Positions 39,117 through 49,929 of a stretch of DNA of 64,000 bases are shown here, piece by piece. How positions within the stretch are numbered: position 1 is the first letter of the stretch; each line of letters begins with the position of its first letter. The DNA comes from Macrostomum lignano. Taxonomy: Eukaryota. The notes under the pieces were generated by a model, which was not told where the DNA came from, searched no databases, and worked only from the letters and a program-made list of their open reading frames with translations. The translations under genes and the position numbers were made by a program. Where the stretch lies: contig NIVC01000356.1 in the NCBI GenBank assembly GCA_002269645.1, positions 496,001 to 560,000 of the forward strand, given 5' to 3'.

Positions 39117-42100
39117 ATGGTGCGGTCTTTGCTAGTGACCTAATTACAGTAACAATGTAACTCAGCCTTGACAAATCAATGTCCGTGTTTATGTAAAGCA
39201 TCCGTGAGAGTGTTCGTTAGCTCAGGGTTCAGCTTTAATGAGCTTGACTGCCTGCCTGCCTGCCTCATTGCTGCCTGTCTATATTTTTTATTAGAGGCAG
39301 GGGTTGTGTGCACCCTGGCGCACTTTAAGCGACATTGTCACACAACCGACGAGAGGCATTGCTGCCCATTCCGCCGACTCCCCTGAGCAGGCACACAAGC
39401 GCGCGGATACGTACGCAGTCATACGCACAGGCACACACTCACACAGGAGTGTACAACGGCCCCTGACTTTATTTTATCGTTAGGCATGTACACTTCACTG
39501 CGCCTTTGGGGGTTGGCTCTCAAGGGTGTTAATTGCACCAGCAGAGCCAAGCCGAGCAGCCAATTGATCCCAAAATTAATGCGACTGCACTTGGAATCGA
39601 GCCTGGGCCGCTGGCAAACCAGAGCGCCGCGCCAGACCACTGGGCTACGACAGCCCTCCTTAGCTACACATCGACATGCTGCGAACTCAATACTACCGTC
39701 ACCGTTGTATTGCACGTCTCTCTTTTGCTCAGGAAACCGCAAAATACAGGCTGCAATCCGCAGCAGCAACAACAGCAAAAGCAGCAGCACCAGCAGCAGC
39801 ATCAACAGCAAAAGCAGCAACAGGTGACGCGAATTGTTAGCACGATTACGGAACAGGTGAAGGACATCTCCATCATTCAGACGTTGAGTCACAGTGTGCA
39901 GCAGCAGCACCAAAAGAAGCAACAAGAGCAGCAACTGGAGCAGGAGGCGTCTCGGCAGGAGCAGCGGCGGAACTCCGAAGATGTGCAACCGCCGCTGTCT
40001 CTGAACGAGACTCTGCGGGACGAGGCTCTGCGATTCATGCTCACTTCATCTCTGCGCGGCCTGGCGCGGATCCCGAGGGCGCGGGACAACGTCTGGCGCC
40101 GGGTCTGGATTGTCACCTTCACCCTCATGCTGCTGGTGTCGGCCGCCTTCTTCACTGTGCTGATGCAGCGGTACCTCATGTACGAGAGCTTCATGCAGAC
40201 CATCAGCCTGGTGAGGGACATTCACTTCTGCTGGCTGCCAACTGTGAAGTAAAAACAATCGCAAATGGCGGAGCCCACTGAGAGGTGCTCTTACTGAGAG
40301 CAGCGCTTACTGAGAGGGGCTCTTACTGAGAGGGGCGCTTACTGAGAGGGGCTCTTACTGAGAGGGACTCTTACTGAGAGGGGCGCTTACTTAGAGCGGT
40401 GCTTACTGAGACTGGCGCTTACTGAGAGCGGCGCTTACTGAGAGGTGCGCTTACTGAGAGGGGCGCTTACTGTGGGGGGCTCTTACTGAGAGGGGCGCTT
40501 ACTGAGAGGGGCGCGCGCTTACTAAGAGGTGCGCTTACTGAGAGGTGCGCTTACTGAGAGCGGCGCTTACTGAGAGATGCGCTTACTAAGAGAGGCGCTT
40601 ACTGAGAGGGGCGCGCGCTTACTAAGAGGTGCGCTTACTGAGAGGTGCGCTTACTGAGAGCGGCGCTTACTGAGAGATGCGCTTACGAGAGGCGCTTACT
40701 GAGAGGTGCGGTTACTAAGAGCGGCGCTTACTGAAAAAGGGCGCTTACCGAGACAGGCGCTTACTAAGAGAGACGCACGCTTACTGGGAGGGCGCTCCTG
40801 GGAGAGGGCGCTTACTGAAAGTGGGCGCTTACAATAAAGAGCGCTTACGGGGGCGCTTACTGAGAGGGGCCCAACTCGAACCCTCCGTCTTTGGCCATTC
40901 AGACTGCTCCCAGCCTGGCCTTCCCGGACGTGACCCTGTGCAATCTGCAGCCTATCCCGCTGAGGCAGCTGCGCCAGCTCGAGCTCGGCCAGCTGCACGC
41001 GCACTTCCGCCTGTCGCCGCACGCCTGGTCGCAGCTGCTGGACAGCCGGCACCAGCAGTTCAACCTCACCGATCAGCTCAGCAGTCACGTGGCCTCCATG
41101 CCGGGCTACTTCGCCAACCTGCCAGCGAATCTCAGCAACTACCTGGGCTTCGACAGCGGGCAGCTGCTGGTGAAGGAGCTCTGCCACTTTCGCAACACCA
41201 AGGGCCGGATATTCAGCTGCTCGGAGGCTCAGGTGTCCACCGTGCGGGACAGCCGCTACTTCAAGTGCTACAGGATCACCTTCCACGGCGCTCTGGCTGC
41301 CGAGGTGCAGAGCCTGCACGTGCTGGCCTTCTTGGACTATCGGGAGGCCGGGCGCTGCGAGAACTGCATGCTGGAGAGCCTGCAGACCACCGAGCAGGGG
41401 CTGGCGGTGGATGTGCAGGTGCAGGGCTACCAGCCTATGCTGCAGGACTGCCGGGTGAACAAGCTGCAGCCGGGCACCATCAACCACCTGGTCTACAGGT
41501 GAGCTGGATCCAGTTATCTGCTGACACTATAGTGGTCACACTGCTGACACAGTATTGAGCACACTGCTGACACAGTATTGATCCCACTGCTGACACAGTA
41601 TTGAGCACACTGCTGACACAGTATTGATCCCACTGCTGACACAGTATTGAGCACACTGCTGACACAGTATTGATCCCACTGCTGACACAGTATTGATTCC
41701 ACTGCTGACACAGTATTGATCCCACTGCTGACACAGTATTGATCCCACTGCTGACACAGTATTGAGCACACTGCTGAGTGCTGACACAGTATTGATCCCA
41801 CTGCTGACACAATATTGATCACAACTGCTGAGTGCTGACACAGTATTGATCACACTGCTGATAAGTATTGATCACACTGCTGATAAGTATTGATCCCACT
41901 GCTGACACAATATTGATCCCACTGCTGACTACTTTGATCCCACAAGAATGATCACAGAAGAATGATCACACGAAATAGATCACACAGAATGATCACACAG
42001 AATGATCACACAGGATGATCACATAATAATGATCACACAAAAATGATCACACAGGATGATCACACAGAATGATCACACAAGAATGATCACAGAAGAATGA

Positions 42101-43593
42101 TCACACAGAATGATCTCACAGTAATGATCTCACAATAATGATCTCACAAGAATCTGCTACAAGCAGCTGCACCTCCGGCACCCGCAGGCACAGGAACATC
42201 CAGCTGCTGCAGCCGCCATTCGGTCAGTGCGACCCGAACTACCCGAAGTTCGTTAACCTTCGGGTCGGCGAGTCCTCCTCGAAGCCGTTCCGTCGTGACC
42301 CGGACGCCTGCGACAGCTTCAGACTGCAGGAGAGCCTCGCCCAACACTGCGGCTGCCAGAGCAGTCAGCACCAGCAGCTGGCTGAGCACAGTCACCTGCC
42401 CTACTGCGAGAGTCTGGGCAACTCGCAGTGGCTGGCAGGGCTGCTGGCGCCAAACCACAGCCTGCTGACCTGCATGGACCGCCAGCTGGAGGGCGCGGCT
42501 TCAAGCAGCTGCGGTTCGAAGCCGTGCGAGTTCCCGCAGCCGGAGGTGCAGCTGCTCACGGCCAGGTAATGAAGGTTTCATTCTGCTATGAACTGTGCAT
42601 GTAAGTTCGCGCTCACACCGGGGTTTCTCAGCGTGCAACTCTGTCTATATGGTGTTCGCTAGTCTTAAGATGGCTGTGCCTGTGTATTCATTGTCTGACA
42701 GAATAGATTTATGGTTCATTGACTGGATGTGCTTGGGCAAGGGAAGTGGATAGGCTGGTCGGGGTCACAGAGTGCGAACTATACCGGTAGGTGCCCCGAA
42801 CTGCCTCTCTGCATGTGCATATGCTACACCTCTGTGCCTTTGAGGCTTATACATGTAGGGGACTTTGCCCCATGCATAGAGCCACAAAACCATGAAAAAG
42901 TACATATGTATTGTGATGAATGAGTCTCTTCACTTTTATCGCTACATGCACATGCACTGTACATACTCTATAGATTCAAAACTACTATAAGTAGTTATAC
43001 AGCCTACATACAGTAAGTTAATTGCCGCACACGGATCACCCCGCAGAGCCTTCCCAACCGGTTCCCTGTTCGACCTGTTCGGCCTCCTGCTCCGCTCGCC
43101 CGGCATCGATCAGTCGCTGCTGCACAGCCGGTTCCCCAGGCTGAGCGAGCTGCACAGCCTGCTGAACCTCACAGCCAACGATAGCAGCAACAGCAGCCGG
43201 TCGGACCTGCTGCCTGACCCGGCCAGCCTCGAGTATCTGCAGTTCCGCCTGGAGTGCGAGGACCTGCGCCACTCCCTGGTGGCATTCGAGGTCTCCCTGC
43301 CCACCCGATCAGTTGAGCTGCTTCGCGAGTCTTCGCTTAGCGACGCCTTCAACCTGGCCAGCTCCATCGGCGGCTCCCTGGCGCTGTGGAGCGGCTTCAC
43401 CGTAGTCGGCCTGGTGGAGATTCTCGAGTTCGCTGTGTACTGCTGCAAGGCGGTGCTGGCTAGGAGGCAGTCAGCCTCCGTTGGTGCGATGGAGCCAAAC
43501 GATGCGGACCGCAAACAGCAGCTGCGGCAGGTGGCCGTCGCCCCAAAGACGGCTGCTGCAGATGCGCAGCTGCAGATTGGCCCAGTGTATTAA
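38848..43593 (+). CDS. DEG/ENaC (amiloride-sensitive sodium channel family) subunit with polyQ N-terminus, about 756 aa, 5 exons
   Basis: Exons 38848-39119, 39733-40210, 40903-41498, 42188-42565 and 43047-43593, all phase-compatible. Shows TM1 (RRVWIVTF), FPDVTLCN, PPFGQC, a Cys-rich thumb and TM2 SSIGGSLALWSGFTVVGLVEILE. Confidence 0.88.
39283..39656 (-). mobile_element. Second full-length copy of the tRNA-derived SINE family 1, in ENaC intron 1
   Basis: Its reverse complement aligns over its whole length with 10045-10410. Confidence 0.85.
40280..40870. repeat. About 16-bp intronic minisatellite
   Basis: Unit ACTGAGAGGGGCGCTT with variants. Confidence 0.9.
41520..42150. repeat. Compound intronic minisatellite (23-bp unit, then about 13-bp unit)
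   Basis: CACTGCTGACACAGTATTGA(GCA/TCC), followed by GAATGATCACACA. Confidence 0.9.
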
Positions 43594-43799
43594 ATTTAGC
43601 AGTAAAATGTTTTCATTGCTACTAGCAGTAGGTTAAAAATGTCTGACGAACAAAATTTCTGGCTGATTTAAACATGTATCAAATATATATTAGTGTTCAA
43701 TTGTGCCACTGCAATGATTCACGCTCGAGTTTTACAGTCCGGCTCACCGATTCTCCCTGCAAAATCCCTGCGAAATCACTATGCGAGTCATTCTCTCTG

Positions 43800-44470
43800 C
43801 ATTACCTCTCTGTGTCACTCTGTCTGCGTCACTCCCTCTCTGTGTCACTCCCACTCTGTGTCACTCTGTCTGCGTCACTCCGTCTCTGTGTCACTCTGTC
43901 TGCGTCACTCCCTCTTTGTGTCACTATGTTTGCGTCACTCCCTCTCTGTGTCACTCTGTCTGCGTCACTCCGTCTCTGTGTCACTCTGTCTGCGTCACTA
44001 CCTCTCTGAGTCACTCTGTCTGCGTCACTACCTCTCTGAGTCACTCTGTCTGCGTCACTCCCTCTCTGAGTCACTCTGTCTGCGTCACTCCCTCTCTGAG
44101 TCACTCTGTCTGCGTCACTCCCTCTCTGAGTCACTCTGTCTGCGTCACTCCCTCTCTGTGTCACTCCCACTCTGTGTCACTCTGTCTGCGTCACTCCGTC
44201 TCTGTGTCACTCTGTCTGCGTCACTCCGTCTCTGTGTCACTCTGTCTGCGTCACTCCCTCTTTGTGTCACTATGTTTGCGTCACTCCATCTTTGTGTCAC
44301 TCTGTCTGCGTCACTCCGTCTCTGTGTCACTCTGTCTGCGTCACTACCTCTCTGAGTCACTCTGTCTGCGTCACTACCTCTCTGAGTCACTCTGTCTGCG
44401 TCACTCCCTCTCTGAGTCACTCTGTCTGCGTCACTACCTCTCTGAGTCACTCTGTCTGCATCACCACCCT
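43800..44470. repeat. 30-bp minisatellite between the convergent ENaC and DLH 3' ends
   Basis: Unit GTCACTCTGTCTGCGTCACTCCCTCTCTGT. Confidence 0.95.
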
Positions 44471-44619
44471 CTGTGACTCTGTATAAAAAAGCAACAGCAA
44501 AAAAGCTACGTACAAAATATTTCATAGAGTTCAAGCCTGTTTCAATGAAGAAGATTTTGTATATTGAAACGGTCAAAAAACGCTGTAGTCTTAAAAATCA
44601 TCTCTCGGCCCTCGCAGCC

Positions 44620-46957
44620 TCAGGCGTTGTCAATAAAAAACTTGGCCAGCGTGTCGCGAGCGTCCAGGATTTTCTCCATCTGCTTGGCGTCGTTGCGGTC
44701 GCCGCGGGCGGCACAGAATCCGTGCGAGACGCCGTCGTAGCGTCGGTGAACGCAGCGACTGTAGAACGGCTGGTCGCGCAGCTCCTCCAGCAGCTTCTGC
44801 ATGTCCGGGTCGTCACTGGCCGGCAGCAGGGCGATGGGCATCTGGGCAGGGCGGTTTTTATAAACTAAAGTTGCATGCAGCTGTGCGGAATTTCATTACT
44901 ACATGGTCATTTTTAGTTCGTAAATGCCAGCACATTTCCTTCATCTGCCCGTCTCTCCTCCCTTCCCCCCTCTCTCCTCCCTTCTCCCCCATCTCTCCTC
45001 CCTTCTCCCCTCTCTCCTCCCTTCTCCCCTCTCTCCTCCCTTCTCCCGTCTCTCCTCCCTTCTCCCCCATCTCTCCTCCCTTCTCCCCTCTCTCCTTCCT
45101 TCTCTCCTCTCTCCTCCCTTCTCCCCTCTCTCCTCCCTTCTCCCCCGTCTTTCCTCCCTTCTCCCCTCTCTCCTCCCTTCTCCCCGTCTCTCCTCCCTTC
45201 TCCCCCGTCTCTCCTCCCTTCTCCTCTCTCTCCTCCCTTCTCCCCCGTCTCTCCTCTCTTCTCCCTCGTCTCTCCTCCCTTCTCCCCGTCTCTCCTCTCT
45301 TCTCCCCCGTCTCTCCTCTCTTCTCCCCCGTCTCTCCTCTCTTCTCCCCCATCTCTCCTCTCTTCTCCCCCGTCTCTCCTCCCTTCTCCCTTTCCCTCTC
45401 CCCAGCCGCTCACCCGCACAGCCCTGACAAGGTCAGCAGTTAGAAAGGCCGGATGCGCGGAGGCGGCGCAGGCGAAAGGCGAAGCGGCAGCGGCTGCCAG
45501 CAGCATAGCCGGCTTGGCGCCCCAGCAGAAGCCCAGCAGAGCCAGCTTGGCGCTCGGGTTGATTCGCTGCTTCAACAGCGGCACCGTCTGGTCCAGGATT
45601 GCCTTCACGGCCTTGTCAGCGTTAGCCGTTGTTGACAGCCAGTTGCCGAATTCGGTCTTGTCAGGGGGCGGGAATCTGCGGCCGGATGGGGATCACCCAA
45701 GGTTGAACAGATGATTCCCAAGGTTGAACAGGTGATTCCCAAGGTTGAACAGATGATTCCCAAGGTTGAACAGGTGATTCCCAAGGTTGAACAGGTGATT
45801 CCCAAGGTTGAACAGGTGATTCCCAAGATTGAACAGATGATTCCCAAGGTTGAACAGATGATTCCCAAGGTTGAACAGGTGATTCCCAAGGTTGAACAGG
45901 TGATTCCCAAGGTTGAACAGGTGATTCCCAAGATTGAACAGATGATTCCCAAGGTTGAACAGATGATTCCCAAGGTTGAACAGGTGATTCCCAAGGTTGA
46001 ACAGATGATTCCCAAGGTTGAACAGGTGATTCCCAAGGTTGAACAGGTGATTCCCAAGGTTGAACAGGTGATTCCCAAGGTTGAACAGGTGATTCCCAAG
46101 ATTGAACAGATGATTCCCAAGGTTGAACAGATGATTCCCAAGGTTGAACATGTGATTCCCAAGGTTGAACAGGTGATTCCCAAGGTTGAACAGGTGATTC
46201 CCAAGGTTGAACAGGTGATTCCCAAGGTTGAACATGTGATTCCCAAGGTTGAACAGGTGATTCCCAAGGTTGAACAGGTGATTCCCAAGATTGAACAGAT
46301 GATTCCCAAGGTTGAACATGTGATTCCTAAGGTTGAACAGGTGATTCCCAAGGTTGAACAGGTGATTCCCAAGGTTGAACATGTGATTCCCAAGGTTGAA
46401 CAGGTGATTCCCAAGGTTGAACAGGTGATTCCCAATGAAGAACAGGTGATTCTCAAGGTTGAACAGGTGCTTCTCAGGGTTGAACAGGATTCCGCAAGGT
46501 TGAACAGATGATTCCCAAGGTTGAAAAGGTGATTCCCAAGATTGAACAGGTGATTCCCAAGGCTCCCAAGAGCTCCGCACCTGGCCAAGCTCCAGGCCTC
46601 TCCGCCGTGGAACAGGTCCGGCATGACCACAGTGGCCTCGGCCTTAGCCGCCAGGTCATCGGCAAACTGGCGAGTCTGGCCAATGTCCAGCCCAAAGATG
46701 TCGTGAATGAGCACCAGACCGCGGCCTTTGCCGCTGCCAGTGATGTAGTTTCTCACTCCGCTGTCGGTGACAATGGAGCCGGAGCCGCTGTTCGAGTTGT
46801 TGCTAGGGGAACCGCTGGAGCAGCAGACCTCGGTGGCCATAGCGTTGCTCAGGCAGATTTTTCGTGTAAATAATAAGACACGCTGAGATACTACTGGCAG
46901 TAGTTTACTAGTAGCGACGGCTGGCGCTTTGAAGAGAATTGAAGTTAATATTCGCAT
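44620..46957 (-). CDS. Dienelactone hydrolase family (CMBL/AIM2-like) alpha/beta hydrolase, 286 aa, 3 exons
   Basis: Exons 46957-46581, 45675-45414 and 44841-44620. Motifs LIHDIFG, PDLF, GFCWG (nucleophilic Cys), AHP, D and HGF. An alternative start ATG lies at 46840. Confidence 0.9.
44945..45400. repeat. CT-rich intronic minisatellite
   Basis: Variants of CTCTCCTCCCTTCTCCCC(GT) filling the last DLH intron. Confidence 0.9.
45692..46565. repeat. 21-bp intronic minisatellite
   Basis: Unit GATTCCCAAGGTTGAACAGGT, about 41 copies. Confidence 0.95.
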
Positions 46958-47019
46958 GAATGCATGGCCACTACATGTACATGCATACAGATGCGGATAT
47001 CCCTCACTGAGAATCTGAG

Positions 47020-47400
47020 AATCTAGAGAGGCTGACCCAGCAACTTAGGATCTGAGAGGCTGGCCCAGCAACTGAGGATCTGAGAGGCTGGCCCAGCAAC
47101 TTAGAATCTGAGAGGCTGGCCCAGCAACTGAGGATCTGAGAGGCTGTCCCAGCAACTGAGGATCTGAGAGGCTGGCCCAGCAACTGAGAATCTGAAGGCT
47201 GACCCAGCAACTGAGGATCTGGGAGGCTGGAATAGCAACTGAGGATCTGGGAGGCTGGCCCAGCAACTGAGGATCTGGGAGGCTGGAATAGCAACTGAGG
47301 ATCTGGGAGGCTGGCCCAGCAACTGAGGATCTGGGAGGCTGGAATAGCAACTGAGGATCTGGGAGGCTGGCCCAACAACTGAGAACCTGGAAAGCTGGCG
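47020..47400. repeat. 28-bp minisatellite
   Basis: Unit GAGGCTGGCCCAGCAACTGAGGATCTG(A/G). Confidence 0.9.
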
Positions 47401-47699
47401 GTGACCCAGCTTGAAGAACTTAAGGCCAGTAGATTAACCAGAAAGTCTTCACCAGAGAAAGTAATGCAGACAGCTCAGTAAGAGAAGAATAAGCGGCTGA
47501 ATTATCGGGTACTAAATAAACTCAACACATTTTTCATCATATATTTGTAAGATGCAATTTGAACAATTCGAGATACCAGCAAACAAAAATAGACATGAAA
47601 AATTGCATCGGTGAACATCTGTCTAAATAAATAGACAGATTATAAAGTCTGTTTGAGAACTTTGAGGTCTTGGCTAGGACAATTAACTTAGAATTTTAA

Positions 47700-48005
47700 C
47701 GTAGGACGAGGGGCTGGTCAGGCTGAATGTACATTATCGGGAACGAGGGGTTGGTCAGGCTGAATGTACATTATCGGGGACGAGGGGTTGGTCAGGCTGA
47801 ATGTACATTATCGGGTACGAGGGGTTGGTCAGGCTGAATGTACACTATCGGGGACGAGGGGTTGGTCAGGCTGAATGTACATTATCGGGGACGAGGGGTC
47901 GGTCAGGCTGAATGTACATTATCGGGGGCGAGGGGTTGGTCAGGCTGAATGTACATTATCGGGGACGAGGGGTCGGTGAGGCTGAATGTACATTATCGGG
48001 ACGAG
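47700..48005. repeat. 37-bp minisatellite
   Basis: Unit TGAATGTACATTATCGGGGACGAGGGGTTGGTCAGGC. Confidence 0.9.
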
Positions 48006-48212
48006 GTGTTTTTTAAACAGATTTTTCACCTGAAGTATATTTTCTTAGACTGCAAATATTCAAGAATTGAAAAAGTTGCAATACTTGATCTCACATCATA
48101 CATTAGCGATTATAAAACACGAAAACAAACTAACAGTACAATTAGAATTTACCTAACTATCCATATATATGGCGAGTGAACAGTCATGCATATACAATGC
48201 TTATTAAACTAG

Positions 48213-49883
48213 CTAGCTACCGCCCTGTTGCTGCCCAGCTCGCTGCACAGTGGACTGCGGCGCCAGAGCGTGCTTCAGCCGCTGCCTCATCCAGGCCTTG
48301 GTCTCGTCTCGGGACGGCTTCGGCACCAACGGCAGAAAGGTTGCTATGCCGTTGTCAACCAGATCGGAGTTGGGCACGGTAGACAAATGGCGATAATTGG
48401 CTCTCACGTAGCGGACTAGCAGGTTCAGGCCTTCGGCGTCCACGTTGGGCGAGCCGTGGCAAACCTGGGGGGGGGGGGGTGAGAGCGCAATAGGGAAGCC
48501 TTGGGTGCGAACTCAGCTACTGAATAAGACTCAGCTGCTGAATGAGACTCAGCTGCTGAATGAGACTCAGCTGCTGAATGAGACTCAGCTGCTGAATGAG
48601 ACTCAGCTGCTGAATGAGACTCAGCTGCTGAATGAGACTCAGACACTCAATCAGACTCAACAGCTACTCAATGAGAATCAACAGCTACTCAATGAGAATC
48701 AACAGCTACTCAATGAGAATCAACAGCTACTCAATGAGAATCAACAGCTACTCAATGAGAATCAACAGCTACTCAATGAGAATCAACAGCTACTCAATGA
48801 GAATCAACAGCTACTCAATGAGAATCAACAGCTACTCAATGAGAATCAACAGCTACTCAATGAGAATCAACAGCTACTCAATGAGAATCAACAAACTACT
48901 CAATGAGAATCAACAGCTACTCAATGAGAATCATCAAACTACTCAATGAGAATCAACAGCTACTCAATGAGAATCAACAGCTACTCAATGAGAATCAACA
49001 AACTACTCAATGAGAATCAACAGCTACTCAATGAGAATCAACAGCTACTCAATGAGAATCAACAAACTACTCAATGAGAATCAACAGCTACTCAATGAGA
49101 ATCAACAAACTACTCAATGAGAATCAACAGCTACTCAATGAGAATCAACAGCTACTCAATGAGAATCAACAAACTACTCAATGAGAATCAACAGCTACTC
49201 AATGAGAATCAACAAACTACTCAATGAGAATCAACAGCTACTCAATGAGAATCAACAAACTACTCAATGAGAATCAACAGCTACTCAATGAAACCGAGCT
49301 CGCTAAAAGTCAGAGCACCCACCTGTTTCCACAGCACCTCAGCCAGAGCCATATCAGTATCTGTATAGGCCAGTTTGTACAGAAAGTTGACATGCTGAAA
49401 CTGATTAAACAGCTGCCCGGCAGTTCGAATTTTCGTAGACACGGTGGGGAAGTCGTGCAGTCGTTGGCGAATGTCTGCGTGAAACAGGCGGCCCATGCCG
49501 TAGAGCACATAGGTAGTGGGATAGTCGATATCAACCGAACCCTTGGACACGGTCTGCTCGCAGATTGCCCGCAGTCTTTGCATAACAAGCCAAAGGTGCA
49601 GCGAGGTGACGCCATGCCAGGTGGCAAAAGAGTCGTCCAGGCCCAGTCTAGCAATCCACTCGCCGCTGTGATCGGGATACTCGGCGCAGACGCAGTACAA
49701 ACTTTTGGCCACCTTCAAATATGGATCCCGACGCCAGCCTACAACACAGCGCAGATTGAGCAGCTGCTTCTTGACTAGCTGGGTGAATGGCAGCGCCTGG
49801 TAGACCTTCGTTTTGGGCTTGCTGGCCAGGCCGCGCCGGCAGCCAATCAGATAAGCCGGCGCCGCTGCCGCAGCCAATCTGGG
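48213..49883 (-). CDS. UQCC1: Ubiquinol-cytochrome c reductase complex assembly factor 1 (Cbp3 family), about 270 aa; 5' end unresolved
   Basis: Exons 49883-49323 and 48464-48213 (phase 0). DDSFATW..LHLWLVMQRL and LAEVLWKQ..LNLLVRYVR..L match UQCC1/Cbp3. The N-terminus PRLAAAAAPAYLIGCRRGLAS resembles a mitochondrial presequence. Confidence 0.85.
48515..49290. repeat. Compound intronic minisatellite (18-bp unit, then 21-bp unit)
   Basis: ACTCAGCTGCTGAATGAG, followed by ACTCAATGAGAATCAACAGCT. Confidence 0.95.
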
Positions 49884-49929
49884 CTGGAGGAAAATCCTTG
49901 GCGCCGACAGCGGGTAAAAAAGCAATTTT

